DNA of 64,000 bases. Origin: an uncultured Rhodospirillaceae bacterium (GTDB lineage: Bacteria > Pseudomonadota > Alphaproteobacteria > UBA6615). Made by a program: the position numbers and the translations under genes. The number at the start of each line of letters is the position of its first letter. Position 1 is the first letter of the stretch. Below, piece by piece: positions 9,553 to 19,671 of the stretch. The notes below the pieces were generated by a model. It saw only the letters and a list, made by a program, of their open reading frames with translations, made no database searches and was not told where the DNA came from. Where the stretch lies: contig CAZHBA010000066.1 in assembly GCA_964530225.1 (NCBI GenBank), positions 1,919 to 65,918 on the forward strand. The letters are read 5' to 3'.

Positions 9553-10491
9553 CTAGTGCCCAACCGTCGCGTCGTGCCGGGCCGTCGCTACGCCGTAGAC
9601 CGATGTCGATGCAGTGATAAACATATACGTGCCGTTACGCCCGCCGAAGGACAGGTTGGCGACCGCCTCGGGTAGCCTGATCTTACCGTAGAGTTCGCCG
9701 TCAGGCGCGTAGCAGTGCACGCCGTCGGCGGCGCTGGTCCACACATAGCCTTCGCTGTCGACGCGCAAGCCGTCGGGCACGCCGGGTACGATATCGACAA
9801 ACAGGCGGCCGTTAGCCAGCGTGCGCCCATCGACCACGTCGAAGGCGCGAATATGGTGTGGCGCGTCGGTGTTAAAGCCCGGATCGTCGGCGCCCTTGAT
9901 GGCTCCGCTGTCGGCGATATAGAGAGTTTTTTCGCCGGGCGAGAAGGCGAGGCCGTTGGGCTTGTCGAAATCGTCGGCGACGATGGTAAGCGCCCCGGTG
10001 TGCGCATCGGCGCGGAACACATAGTTTGCACCCAACTCGCTTTTGGCCTTGTAACCCTCGACGCTGCTGGCGATGCCATAGGGCGGGTCGGTAAACCACA
10101 CCGCGTCGTCGGACGCCACCACAAGATCGTTAGGCGAATTGAGGCGCTTACCCTCGTAGCTGTCGGCGATCACCTGCACCGCGCCATCCTCGAAGCGGCG
10201 AATGACGCGCCGCCCGCCATGCTCGCAACTGACCAGGTGGCCGTTGCGGTCGCGGAAATGGCCGTTGGTAAATTCGGCTGGATTGAGGTATTCGCTGGCG
10301 CCCTCGCCTCGGCGCCAGGCCATCATGCGGTTGTTGGGGATATCGCTGAACAGCAGGGTTTCGGTCTCGGCGAACCACACCGGCCCTTCAGTCCACAGGT
10401 ACCCGGTGCACAGTTGCTCCGGTGGTGTTTCGGTGTCGACGAAGTCGGCGAAATCCGGGTTGACAATTTGATAGCCTGCTTCCGCTGCCAT
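9553..10491 (-). CDS. SMP-30/gluconolactonase/LRE family protein
   Basis: WTEGPVW, LFSDIPNNR, LNSPNDLV, WFTDPPYG, PNGLAFSP, PDGLRVD; ATG 10491 with GGAGGAG RBS. Confidence 0.9.
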   Translation of the reverse strand: MAAEAGYQIVNPDFADFVDTETPPEQLCTGYLWTEGPVWFAETETLLFSDIPNNRMMAWRRGEGASEYLNPAEFTNGHFRDRNGHLVSCEHGGRRVIRRFEDGAVQVIADSYEGKRLNSPNDLVVASDDAVWFTDPPYGIASSVEGYKAKSELGANYVFRADAHTGALTIVADDFDKPNGLAFSPGEKTLYIADSGAIKGADDPGFNTDAPHHIRAFDVVDGRTLANGRLFVDIVPGVPDGLRVDSEGYVWTSAADGVHCYAPDGELYGKIRLPEAVANLSFGGRNGTYMFITASTSVYGVATARHDATVGH

Positions 10492-10525
10492 GGCGTTCTC
10501 CTCCTGGGGTGTGACCGGCGTGATA

Positions 10526-11025
10526 TTAGCGTAATCGCGTTTCCATGATGATTGCGTCAACGGGAATTTTCAGCTCGCCGAGCATCGTCGTGCCCTCATC
10601 ATGGGAAGCGGATGTGACATTACCGAGGTCCGATTTGCGCAGTGCAGCTTTAATTTTTTCCAGTGGGTGCACGCGGAACCCACATTGGGTAAACGGCATG
10701 GCGTTAAGCGAGCCCGGCGAGCGGATGCTGAACACGGTGCGACCATCGGGTCTGAGCCAGTTGGCGATCTGGCCGAACAGGTCGGGTAGATTTTTGATGA
10801 AATAAAGCAGATTAACAACCATTAGCCCGTCCAGGCTAGCGGCCTCGACCGATGCGCTGCGGCAATTGCCATTGTGAATATCGACGCGCGAGGCGCCAGG
10901 GTTTTGGTCGCCCGCACCGTTATGGTGCTGTTGACCTCGTTTATTGCCGTGGCGATGGTTTCCGCGCCTTCGCTCGTGGGCCGCACCAGTTGGGCGATAA
11001 TGCTACGCAGTGTCGTTTCGTCCAT
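10526..11025 (-). pseudogene. Class I SAM-dependent methyltransferase remnant (internally deleted, split over two frames)
   Basis: N-terminal piece (AQLVRPTSEGA...INEVN) and C-terminal piece (VNLLYF...WLRPDGR...MPFTQCGF) are in different frames; the glycine-rich motif I is missing. Confidence 0.6.
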
Positions 11026-11040
11026 GAGTTACTTTTTCTC

Positions 11041-11289
11041 TTACGCGTCGGGCGGGATAATTTCCTGCACACAGACTTGGTCTACCAGATACTCCCGACC
11101 AATATCGTCCAGGTGGGCGCGCTTTTGGTCGTTAGTAATATCGGCTCCGATACCCTGGGTCATCGCCAGTACCAGCGAGTGGTCGCTCATGTCGAGCCAG
11201 AACCCGCGCCGCACCAGCTTGCCGTCGGCGTCGCGGGCGAACGGGTCGTCGGGGTTGGCGCCCAAATCGGGTTGGTAAAAATTTGCCAT
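11041..11289 (-). CDS. Small acidic hypothetical protein (82 aa)
   Basis: ATG start, GC3-rich codon usage, protein-like sequence; no family recognised. Confidence 0.7.
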   Translation of the reverse strand: MANFYQPDLGANPDDPFARDADGKLVRRGFWLDMSDHSLVLAMTQGIGADITNDQKRAHLDDIGREYLVDQVCVQEIIPPDA

Positions 11290-11398
11290 TGCGTCTTTAT
11301 CTTTTCTGTTGGTGCCAGCTACGCCTGTTCACCCAGACTAAACTAAAGCATTTGTCGCGCACTTTCACTGGCTATGCGCAAGCGGCTAGACTGGTTTT

Positions 11399-11573
11399 AT
11401 GACGTTGCCCGACGAACCCCACCACAACGCTATCGACGCTTATTCGCCGCGCGAGACCGCTGCGCTAGTCTGGGGGGGTGGGCGTGGCTAAGGCCCACCT
11501 GCCAGTGCTCGATACGCTGGTTCTGGGCGTTCTGGTCGGCGCTTTTATCGCCTTTGAGGCACGATTGATCTAG
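11399..11573 (+). pseudogene. Formate/nitrite transporter (FNT) 5' remnant
   Basis: MTLPDEPHHNAIDAYSPRETAALVW, then after a frameshift in a G7 run (11472-11478) VGVAKAHLPVLDTLVLGVLVGAFIAF; resembles the FNT N-terminus; stop at 11571-11573. Confidence 0.65.
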
Positions 11574-11632
11574 CCTGTCCTGCCGCAGCCTGATGCTGTT
11601 AAGCTTGGCACCACAACGAGGCGGAGGACATC

Positions 11633-12391
11633 GTGGCCGACGACACTTCCAATCTTTCGAACCGCAATCCGGACAAGATTACCCCGGTTATGCGTGCCAA
11701 CATCGATAAGACACTGGCGCGCGCGCTAACTACGCTGAAAGCCAAGACCAACCCGGCCCATACCGCTGTGATCGTGGTCGATGTACAGAACGATTTCTGC
11801 GCCGAAGGCGGTATGCTCGACACCGAAGGCTTTGATCTGACACGCATCCAGACGATGGTGCCGCGGCTGGTCGATTTGATCGCCAAGGCGCGCGATGCCG
11901 GCTGCCTAATCGTCTACATCCAAACCATCTACAATGCCGAGATGAACCTGATGTCTGACGTCTGGCTGGAGCAGTCGCTACGCCAGTGGAAAGGGCGCTT
12001 CATCGAGTATCCGGTGTGCATGGAAGACGGCTGGGGTGGCGATTTCTACGACGGTATCGAACCGTGCCCCGGCGAGCCGATCATCCATAAACATCGTTAT
12101 GGTGGTTTCATCGGCACTAATCTCGATATGGTGCTGCGCTCGAACGGTATCCGCTCGCTAATTATGACCGGCGCTATCACCAATGGCTGCGTCGAATCGA
12201 CGGCGCGCGACGGCTTCTTCCACGACTATTACATCGTCTTTGCCGACGATTGCACTGGCACCGTGACGGAAGAGATGCACAATGCCACCCTGGTCAATAT
12301 CGACCGCTGGTTCGGCCAGGTGGTGCAGGCCGAAGAGGTAATCGATTGCTGGCGTGAGACCGGCAAACTGGCCACCGAAGCGGTGGAGTAA
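11633..12391 (+). CDS. Isochorismatase-family cysteine hydrolase (RutB-like)
   Basis: TAVIVVDVQNDF, KHRY, TNGCVESTARD (Asp-Lys-Cys triad); GGAGGA RBS before GTG. Confidence 0.88.
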   Translation: MADDTSNLSNRNPDKITPVMRANIDKTLARALTTLKAKTNPAHTAVIVVDVQNDFCAEGGMLDTEGFDLTRIQTMVPRLVDLIAKARDAGCLIVYIQTIYNAEMNLMSDVWLEQSLRQWKGRFIEYPVCMEDGWGGDFYDGIEPCPGEPIIHKHRYGGFIGTNLDMVLRSNGIRSLIMTGAITNGCVESTARDGFFHDYYIVFADDCTGTVTEEMHNATLVNIDRWFGQVVQAEEVIDCWRETGKLATEAVE

Positions 12392-12397
12392 GGACGC

Positions 12398-12602
12398 TCA
12401 GCCCAAATAGAACCAGGAGCTATCCTCGTTGACGCCGTAGAACGGCGTGAACCAGCCGGCCTTGGCCGACGGGCGGATGATCGGCGATACGGTCGTTCTC
12501 AAACTGTAGCGTGTAGTTATCGTCGGGCGCCGCCCCGGTGCTGCTACCCAGCCATACGGTGGCTAGCAGGGCGGCGCTCGCAAACCGGTGCGGCGTCGCT
12601 AT
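12398..12602 (-). pseudogene. Remnant of an LpxR/DUF2219-like outer-membrane protein N-terminus joined to an out-of-frame coding tail
   Basis: From an ATA codon: IATPHRFASAALLATVWLGSSTGAAPDDNYTLQFENDRIAD (signal peptide + END motif), then in another frame PIIRPSAKAGWFTPFYGVNEDSSWFYLG-stop. Confidence 0.5.
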
Positions 12603-12613
12603 GGATGCTGCTA

Positions 12614-13309
12614 TCAGGTTAATTCGAAAGGATTGAAGCGGGCGTCGCGGTCGTAGGTATCGATGCCTTCGGCGCGCTTGAGCCAGCCGACGACGACATA
12701 GGTCAGTGGCGTGGCGAGTGCCTCGTAGCCGATTTTGACGGTGGCCTGCACCACGATCGTCATAATTAGCGCTTCGACCGGCAAAATGCCGCTAAAGGCG
12801 ATGACGATAAAAATCGTCGAATCGAGGCCCTGGCCGATCACTGTCGAGCCGATGGTGCGAACCCACAGAAAACGACCCTCGGTCGCGATCTTGAGGCGGG
12901 AAAGGACGTAGGCGTTGGAGAACTCACCTACCAGATAGGCGACCAGCGACGCACCAAGGATGCGCGGCGTGGCGCCAAGGATAGTGTCGTAGGCCTCCTG
13001 CGCGTCCCAGAAGCCGGCAGCAGGCAGCACGCCGACCACGGCGAAGGTGGCGACAGCGAACAAATTTGCCCCAAATCCCAACCAGATTACCCGCCGGGCC
13101 TTGGCATAGCCGTACACTTCGGTCAGAACGTCGCCGATGATGTAGGTGATCGGGAAAATGATAATGGCGCTGGGTAGAATGAAATCGGCCACGGTGATCA
13201 GTTTGACCGCAGTGATATTGGAGACGATGAGGCAGGTAACGAATGCGACCGCGATCAGCATAAAGCGGCTGGAAACCTGGATTGGGGTAGTCGGCGGAGT
13301 CTGGTTCAT
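12614..13309 (-). CDS. yhhQ: Queuosine precursor (preQ0/preQ1) transporter, YhhQ/VUT family
   Basis: [36 protein letters not shown]; divergent from queA. Confidence 0.9.
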   Translation of the reverse strand: MNQTPPTTPIQVSSRFMLIAVAFVTCLIVSNITAVKLITVADFILPSAIIIFPITYIIGDVLTEVYGYAKARRVIWLGFGANLFAVATFAVVGVLPAAGFWDAQEAYDTILGATPRILGASLVAYLVGEFSNAYVLSRLKIATEGRFLWVRTIGSTVIGQGLDSTIFIVIAFSGILPVEALIMTIVVQATVKIGYEALATPLTYVVVGWLKRAEGIDTYDRDARFNPFELT

Positions 13310-13384
13310 GGTTTGCGGCTATTTTCGTTCGTTCGCAGGGCCTTGTGCCGCCTGCCGCTGCGCCTGTCAATTAAAGCTGATGCG

Positions 13385-14428
13385 ATGAGAACCACTGATT
13401 TTGATTTCGAGCTGCCGCGCGAGCTGATTGCCCAGCGTCCCTCTGCGCCGCGCGACAGCGCCCGTCTGCTCGACGCAGGGGACGCGCTGCACGACCGGAC
13501 CATTCGCGATCTGCCCGGCCTGTTGCAGCCTGGCGACCTGCTGGTGTTTAACGATACGAGGGTTATTCCGGCGCTGTTGGCTGGATGGGTGGGCGGAAAG
13601 AAGGTGAGCGTCACCCTGCATATGCTGGAAGGCGCGGACGTGTGGGCGTCGTTCGCTAAACCGGCCCGGCGGCTCACCGTTGGCGACCACATCGACTTCG
13701 GCGACAGATTTTTCGCCGAGGTGGCCAAAAAGCGCGAGCACGGCGAGATTTTGCTGCGCTTCAATCTGGTTGGCACCGACTTCCACGATGCCCTGCAGCG
13801 CTACGGTAGTGCGCCATTGCCACCCTATATTAAGCGGCCTGAAGCACCCGACGACCGGGATTGGGTGGATTATCAGACCATGTTCGCCGCGCATGACGGC
13901 GCGGTGGCCGCCCCCACAGCCGGGCTGCACTTCACGCCCGCGATCATGGCGGCACTGGCTGAAAGGGGGGTCGAAACTGCACCACTAACGCTGCATGTCG
14001 GCGCGGGCACCTTCCAGCCGGTGACCGTGGATAAGGTTGAAGACCACAAAATGTACGCCGAAATTGGCGAGATGTCGGCGGTGACCGCTGACGCCGTCAA
14101 CGCCACCCATGCACGTGGCCGGCAGGTGGTGGCAGTCGGTACAACCTCGCTGCGCCTGCTCGAAAGCGCCGCTGACAACGATGGTACAGTCCATCCCTTT
14201 GCCGGTGATACGCGCCTATTCATAATCCCGGGTTACCGGTTCCGCGCCGTCGATTTGCTGTTGACAAACTTCCACCTGCCGTGCTCGACGCTCTTTATGC
14301 TGGTCTGTGCTTTTGCTGGCACAGACCACATGCGCGTCGCTTACGCTCATGCCATTGCGCAACGCTACCGTTTCTATTCCTATGGGGACGCAATGTTGCT
14401 GAAATGCGCCGAAGGGAGAGCGCAATGA
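13385..14428 (+). CDS. queA: S-adenosylmethionine:tRNA ribosyltransferase-isomerase
   Basis: [56 protein letters not shown]. Confidence 0.97.
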   Translation: MRTTDFDFELPRELIAQRPSAPRDSARLLDAGDALHDRTIRDLPGLLQPGDLLVFNDTRVIPALLAGWVGGKKVSVTLHMLEGADVWASFAKPARRLTVGDHIDFGDRFFAEVAKKREHGEILLRFNLVGTDFHDALQRYGSAPLPPYIKRPEAPDDRDWVDYQTMFAAHDGAVAAPTAGLHFTPAIMAALAERGVETAPLTLHVGAGTFQPVTVDKVEDHKMYAEIGEMSAVTADAVNATHARGRQVVAVGTTSLRLLESAADNDGTVHPFAGDTRLFIIPGYRFRAVDLLLTNFHLPCSTLFMLVCAFAGTDHMRVAYAHAIAQRYRFYSYGDAMLLKCAEGRAQ

Positions 14429-14889
14429 CCGATGACATTTATGCCGGCCTGACCCAGCTGGGCGGCGACGCCAAGCTGCCGCAATCACCCGACGAGGGAG
14501 TGCTGGAGCGGGTCGCCAACCCGCAAAAGGGCAAAATTTATTTGGTGCGCTTCACCGCGCCCGAATTCACCTCGCTGTGTCCGATTACTGGTCAGCCCGA
14601 TTTTGCCCATCTAGTGATCGATTACGCGCCGGGCGACTGGATCGTCGAGAGCAAGTCATTGAAGCTCTATCTTGGCTCGTTCCGCAACCATGGCGCCTTC
14701 CACGAAGGCTGCACGCTCGATATCGCCAAGCGGCTAGTCGATACGCTGGCGCCGGTGTGGCTCAGGATCGGCGGTTACTGGTATCCGCGCGGCGGCATCC
14801 CCATCGACGTGTTCTACCAGACCGGCGAGCCGCCGGTCGGCCTGTGGCTACCCGATCAGGGAGTGGCGCCGTACCGAGGGCGGGGGTGA
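14425..14889 (+). CDS. queF: NADPH-dependent preQ0 reductase (type I)
   Basis: [30 protein letters not shown]; ATGA overlap with queA. Confidence 0.97.
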   Translation: MTDDIYAGLTQLGGDAKLPQSPDEGVLERVANPQKGKIYLVRFTAPEFTSLCPITGQPDFAHLVIDYAPGDWIVESKSLKLYLGSFRNHGAFHEGCTLDIAKRLVDTLAPVWLRIGGYWYPRGGIPIDVFYQTGEPPVGLWLPDQGVAPYRGRG

Positions 14890-14893
14890 CGGC

Positions 14894-16057
14894 TTGGCCA
14901 TCGCGGCGACACAGCCTCCAGTGGCAGAAATGATCCGCGCCGAGATTCGCGATAAGGCCCTAGGGGCTGGGTTCGACGCGGTCGGTTTTGCTTCGGCCGA
15001 ACTCGCCGACGCCAACCGGCAGAATTTGGCCGAGTATCTGAGCCGCGGCTATCACGGCGATATGGGTTGGCTGGCTGGCAAGGCCGGGCGGCGTGGCGAT
15101 CCACGCGCGCTATGGCCCGACGTGCGCAGCGTTGTAGCGCTCGCTATCTCCTACGCACCCGATGGCGACCCGCTGGCCAATCTGGCGCAGCCTGGGACCG
15201 GAAACATCTCGGTCTACGCTCGTGGCCGCGACTATCACGAGGTGGTAAAAAAGCGGCTGCGCGCGTTTGGGCGCTGGATCAGCGGGGAATATCGCTGCGG
15301 CGTCAAGATTTTTGTGGACACCGCACCGGTGATGGAAAAGCCGTTGGCGCAACAGGCTGGCCTCGGTTGGCAGGGCAAGAATACCAATCTGGTATCGCGC
15401 GCGCATGGCTCGTGGTTGTTCCTCGGCGAGGTCTACACCACACTCGACCTACCCGCCGACGAAGGCGTCGGCGGCCATTGTGGCAATTGTCGGAGCTGCC
15501 TGGACGTGTGCCCCACCAACGCTTTCCCTCAGCCTTACCAACTCGACGCGCGGCGTTGCATTTCCTATCTCACCATCGAGCATGATGGCCCCATCGACCG
15601 CGACTTGCGGCCGCTGATAGGCAACCGGATCTACGGCTGCGACGATTGCCTGGCGGTGTGTCCGTGGAACAAATTCGCCCGCGTTCGCGCCGGCGTCGAT
15701 CCGGAGCTGGAACCGCGCGAAGAACTTACCGCGCCGCGCCTGGCCGAACTGGCGCGGCTTGACGATAGTGCCTTCCGCGAACGTTTCTCTAAGACCGCGA
15801 TCAAGCGCTCGGGGCGCGACCGCTTCGTCCGTAACGTGTTGATCGCACTAGGAAATAGCGGTGATAGCGCAGTGGTACCAATAGTTAAATCGCTGCTCGG
15901 CGACCCGGCGCCAGTGGTGCGCGGCGTTGGAGTGTGGGCGCTATCGCGTCTGGTGACGGCAGACGAGTTCGCGCGTTTGTATGCAACCCATCAGTCTGGC
16001 GAAGACGACACCGATGTACAAAACGAGTGGCAGAGCGCTATGCTCGATATTCGTTAA
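14894..16057 (+). CDS. queG: Epoxyqueuosine reductase
   Basis: YARGRDYH, VDTAPVMEK, CGNCRSCLDVCPT, CISYLTIE, GCDDCLAVCPWN, HEAT-like tail. Confidence 0.95.
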   Translation: MAIAATQPPVAEMIRAEIRDKALGAGFDAVGFASAELADANRQNLAEYLSRGYHGDMGWLAGKAGRRGDPRALWPDVRSVVALAISYAPDGDPLANLAQPGTGNISVYARGRDYHEVVKKRLRAFGRWISGEYRCGVKIFVDTAPVMEKPLAQQAGLGWQGKNTNLVSRAHGSWLFLGEVYTTLDLPADEGVGGHCGNCRSCLDVCPTNAFPQPYQLDARRCISYLTIEHDGPIDRDLRPLIGNRIYGCDDCLAVCPWNKFARVRAGVDPELEPREELTAPRLAELARLDDSAFRERFSKTAIKRSGRDRFVRNVLIALGNSGDSAVVPIVKSLLGDPAPVVRGVGVWALSRLVTADEFARLYATHQSGEDDTDVQNEWQSAMLDIR

Positions 16058-16095
16058 CCGTAATAGGCAATAATCAATATCGGGGAGACCGGAAC

Positions 16096-16596
16096 ATGGC
16101 AGACCAGGCCCAATCATCGAACAAGGAAAGTCATGAGTTCGTTGCTTTGTACGACCATGAAGTCGAATGGCAGGAAGGCGATGGCGTCAACGAGTTGATC
16201 GCGTTGCCACCAGGTGTGAAGGTCAAAATTATGAATTACGATCCGGTGATGAAGCGGGTCGATATGAAGGTGAAATTTCCGCCCGGCTATGTCGAGCCCG
16301 AACACAGCCATAAGAGCTGGCATTCGATCTGCGTCCTCGACGGCCGCATGTGCGTCGCCGGTAAGGACTTGCGGCCTGGTGATTATGTGTTCGGTTGGGA
16401 CGCTCCGCACGGTCCTTACGAATATCCCGACGGGTGCGAGGTGTTCACCGTCTTTATAGGAGAGGGCACCCAGCATGAGTGGGACAAGGCCAAACATCTG
16501 GCTCACGAAAACACCTGGGAAGCCGAGACCGACGCTGGCAAGGAAGGTGTGGAGCAGCAAAAAGCGGCGCGCGCTAGTGGCAAGGTCAGCGCCTGA
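16096..16596 (+). CDS. Cupin-domain protein (ChrR/cupin_7-like)
   Basis: FPPGYVEPEHSH...H, GDYVF...HGP cupin motifs; GGGGAG RBS. Confidence 0.75.
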   Translation: MADQAQSSNKESHEFVALYDHEVEWQEGDGVNELIALPPGVKVKIMNYDPVMKRVDMKVKFPPGYVEPEHSHKSWHSICVLDGRMCVAGKDLRPGDYVFGWDAPHGPYEYPDGCEVFTVFIGEGTQHEWDKAKHLAHENTWEAETDAGKEGVEQQKAARASGKVSA

Positions 16597-16607
16597 TAGG
16601 TTTTCGC

Positions 16608-17210
16608 GTGGAATATTTCTTTTATTGCCGCGACAAGCCGGGTACCGCAGCGGAGCGAAAGGCGATCGTCGAGGAACACTGGTCGTTCATGGACCAGTAT
16701 GCCAACTCGATGATCGCCCGCGGGCCGACGGTGACCGACGACGGCGCTGCGATCACCGGCAGCATGCACATGCTCGATCTGCCCGATGCCGAGGCGGCGC
16801 GGGTGTTTGCCTATGAAGAGCCCTATTACAAGGCAGGGGTTTATGCCGACGTTCTGGTGCGCCGTTGCCGCAACGCGATGGAACGCACCATGTGGGAGTT
16901 CGATGGCGATCCCGACAACAACCAGCGGTTTCTGGTGATCGGCCACGGCAGGCCGGGTATGAGTGATACAAGAGACGGTTTGCTGGAGGATCACCGGCGC
17001 TACTTCATCGAGCGCGGGTACCAGGAAAAGTTTATCGCCCGCGGACCGCTCTGGTCTGACGATGGCGAAGAATGGGTCGGTAGCGAATTTATCCTTGAGC
17101 TACCCGACCGCGCCGCCGTCGACACCTTTCTGGCCGATGAGCCCTATACCTGTGCTGGATTGTTCGAGAGCATCAAAATCCACCGCTGGCGGTTCGGCGG
17201 TCGGCACTAG
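16608..17210 (+). CDS. Tandem YciI-domain protein
   Basis: Two repeats of R...H......ARGP..DDG....GS...L.LPD..A...F...EPY..AG. Confidence 0.85.
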   Translation: MEYFFYCRDKPGTAAERKAIVEEHWSFMDQYANSMIARGPTVTDDGAAITGSMHMLDLPDAEAARVFAYEEPYYKAGVYADVLVRRCRNAMERTMWEFDGDPDNNQRFLVIGHGRPGMSDTRDGLLEDHRRYFIERGYQEKFIARGPLWSDDGEEWVGSEFILELPDRAAVDTFLADEPYTCAGLFESIKIHRWRFGGRH

Positions 17211-17304
17211 AGGCGCTGCCGTCCCGTTGCGGGCATTGCATTTGGCCCGCACTCGCCCTATGTGCTGGCATCAAGCTAAAACTCGATTCGACGGAGCCTA
17301 GTGT

Positions 17305-18984
17305 ATGGCCACGCATCAGTATGTCTATGTCATGAAGGGTTTGACCAAGGCCTATACCGGCGACCGGCCGGTGATCGAGAATATCTGGCTAAGCTTCTAT
17401 CCCGGCGCCAAAATTGGCGTGCTCGGGCTGAACGGGTCCGGCAAGTCGACCCTGTTGCGCATCATGGCCGGCCTCGATACCGAGTTTCAGGGCGAAGCCT
17501 GGTCGGCCGAGGGCGTCAATGTCGGGTTTTTGCACCAGGAGCCCCAGCTCGACGAAACCAAGGACGTTTTGGGCAATGTCATGGAGGGGGTCACCGAGAC
17601 CAAGGTGCTACTCGACCGCTTCAACGAGGTGAGCATGCGTTTCGGCGAGGATTTGTCACCCGAAGAAATGGATGCGCTGATTGCCGAACAGGCCGAATTG
17701 CAGGATCAGATCGAAGCCGCCGACGCCTGGGGACTCGACCGCTACATCGAGATAGCTATGGATGCCTTACGCTGTCCGCCCAGCGATGCCGACGTCGCGA
17801 ACCTGTCGGGAGGCGAGCGTCGGCGGGTCGCTCTGTGTCGGCTGCTACTGTCGAACCCCGACATGCTGTTACTCGACGAGCCAACCAACCACCTCGACGC
17901 CGAATCTGTCGCCTGGCTCGAGCGCTTTCTTGCCGAATATCCGGGCACGGTGGTGGCGGTGACCCATGACCGCTACTTCCTCGATAATGTCGCTGGCTGG
18001 ATCCTCGAGCTCGACCGCGGCAAGGGTATCCCCTTCGAGGGCAACTATTCGGCTTGGCTCGAAGCCAAGGGACAGCGGCTTGCTCAGGAGGAAAAAGAGG
18101 AAACGGTGCGGCAAAGAACCATTCGCCAGGAACTAGAATGGATTCGCCAGAGCCCGCGCGCGCGCCAAGCAAAAAGCCAGGCACGGGTCAGTGCGTTCGA
18201 GAAATTGGTTGCCGACAGCGCCGATCGGGCACCTGACAAGCAGCAGATTACCATCCCCGCTGGGACCCGGTTGGGCAATTTGGTCATCGAGGCCCAACAT
18301 CTGCGCAAAGGGTTCGACGACCGCATGTTGATAGAGGATTTGAATCTCAAGGTTCCACCCGGCGCCATCGTTGGCGTTATAGGTCCCAACGGTGCTGGTA
18401 AAACGACCTTCTGCAACATGGTGACGGGCCAGGAACCACCTGATGGCGGCATGCTGACCATTGGCGACACGGTGGTGCTCGGCTATGTGGACCAAAGCCG
18501 GGATACGCTGGCTAACGATAAGAATGTCTGGGAAGAGATTTCCGATGGCCTGGATGTGATCGAATTGGACAAGCACACAGTGCAAAGCCGGGCTTATGTG
18601 GCTGGGTTCAATTTCCGCGGATCCGATCAACAGAAAAAGGTTGGGCAACTGTCCGGTGGTGAACGTAACCGGGTTCATTTGGCGAAGATGTTGAAATCGG
18701 GTGCCAACGTGCTACTCCTCGACGAGCCGACAAACGATCTCGATGTGGACACCCTGCGTGCACTGGAAGAAGCGCTGCTAAATTTTGCTGGCTGCGCCAT
18801 CGTCGTTAGCCACGACCGCTGGTTTCTCGACCGGATTGCTACCCATATTTTGGCCTTCGAAGGCGACAGCGAGGTGGTGTGGTTCGAGGGCAATTACGAA
18901 GCTTATGCGGCTGACTACAAACGCCGGCGTGGCACCGATGCGGATCAGCCGAACCGGATCAAATACAAGTCCTTACAGGCGTAA
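17305..18984 (+). CDS. ettA: Energy-dependent translational throttle ABC-F ATPase
   Basis: [36 protein letters not shown] linker, two ABC domains, IKYK C-terminus. Confidence 0.97.
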   Translation: MATHQYVYVMKGLTKAYTGDRPVIENIWLSFYPGAKIGVLGLNGSGKSTLLRIMAGLDTEFQGEAWSAEGVNVGFLHQEPQLDETKDVLGNVMEGVTETKVLLDRFNEVSMRFGEDLSPEEMDALIAEQAELQDQIEAADAWGLDRYIEIAMDALRCPPSDADVANLSGGERRRVALCRLLLSNPDMLLLDEPTNHLDAESVAWLERFLAEYPGTVVAVTHDRYFLDNVAGWILELDRGKGIPFEGNYSAWLEAKGQRLAQEEKEETVRQRTIRQELEWIRQSPRARQAKSQARVSAFEKLVADSADRAPDKQQITIPAGTRLGNLVIEAQHLRKGFDDRMLIEDLNLKVPPGAIVGVIGPNGAGKTTFCNMVTGQEPPDGGMLTIGDTVVLGYVDQSRDTLANDKNVWEEISDGLDVIELDKHTVQSRAYVAGFNFRGSDQQKKVGQLSGGERNRVHLAKMLKSGANVLLLDEPTNDLDVDTLRALEEALLNFAGCAIVVSHDRWFLDRIATHILAFEGDSEVVWFEGNYEAYAADYKRRRGTDADQPNRIKYKSLQA

Positions 18985-19039
18985 GATCGGGCGTAAAACC
19001 AGCGGAAAACGGTTATTGAGAGGGTACGTGGATGCGCGT

Positions 19040-19666
19040 TTAGCTATCGCGCTTTTTTCTTAAGATCTCCAACAGCGCGTTGATCTGACCGCTGTTATTG
19101 CGTATCACCGACGCGAATTCGTCGCGATGGGTGTTGGCCATGCTAACGCCTTCAACCATGACATCGGTAATTTTATAAACATTGTCGCGGCTTGCCACCC
19201 GCCAATCGATGCGAATCGGCCTTTGCGGATTACTAAAAAATAAACTGCGGACAATGGCCACGTTTTCCGCTTCGTAAGCGCTTGGTACGTCGACCGCAGT
19301 TTGCACCGAAAATGTTTCGCCTGAATAGGAAGAAAACTGGTCGGCCCAAGTTTTCACGATCACGTCCTCGAAGAGGGCCAGATATTCGGTGCGGTCGTCT
19401 TCTGAGGCACGGCGCCAATAGCGGCCCAGAACAAATCGTGCGATACCGTTTATGGCGAAGCCCTCGCGAAATAGGCTGCGGAACGCGTCGCGCCGCATTT
19501 CCATTGTTTGATCTTCGGTCGTCATGGTGTTGATTGCCCTATTGGCAAAAGTGCGAATAAATTCAGACGAAGTCGCCAGATGCTGGTTGGCGTGCGCCGG
19601 CGTAACGGCAATGACGAGCACGATCAAAGGGCCAGCGATTGTTGTTGTCCACCGGAATCCGGTCAT
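19040..19666 (-). CDS. mlaC: Phospholipid-binding periplasmic protein MlaC/Ttg2D
   Basis: Signal peptide, ARFVLGRYWR, IDWRV, KITDVMVEGVSM..T.RDEF. Confidence 0.9.
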   Translation of the reverse strand: MTGFRWTTTIAGPLIVLVIAVTPAHANQHLATSSEFIRTFANRAINTMTTEDQTMEMRRDAFRSLFREGFAINGIARFVLGRYWRRASEDDRTEYLALFEDVIVKTWADQFSSYSGETFSVQTAVDVPSAYEAENVAIVRSLFFSNPQRPIRIDWRVASRDNVYKITDVMVEGVSMANTHRDEFASVIRNNSGQINALLEILRKKRDS

Positions 19667-19671
19667 GACGT

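Noticed and set aside
11472-11478. G7 tract as a phase-variation switch
   Set aside because: Even in the restored frame the FNT ORF ends after about 57 codons, so switching could not give a functional channel.
13310-13384. preQ1 riboswitch upstream of yhhQ
   Set aside because: No class I stem-loop with an A-rich tail was recognisable; the spacer is mostly taken up by divergent promoters.
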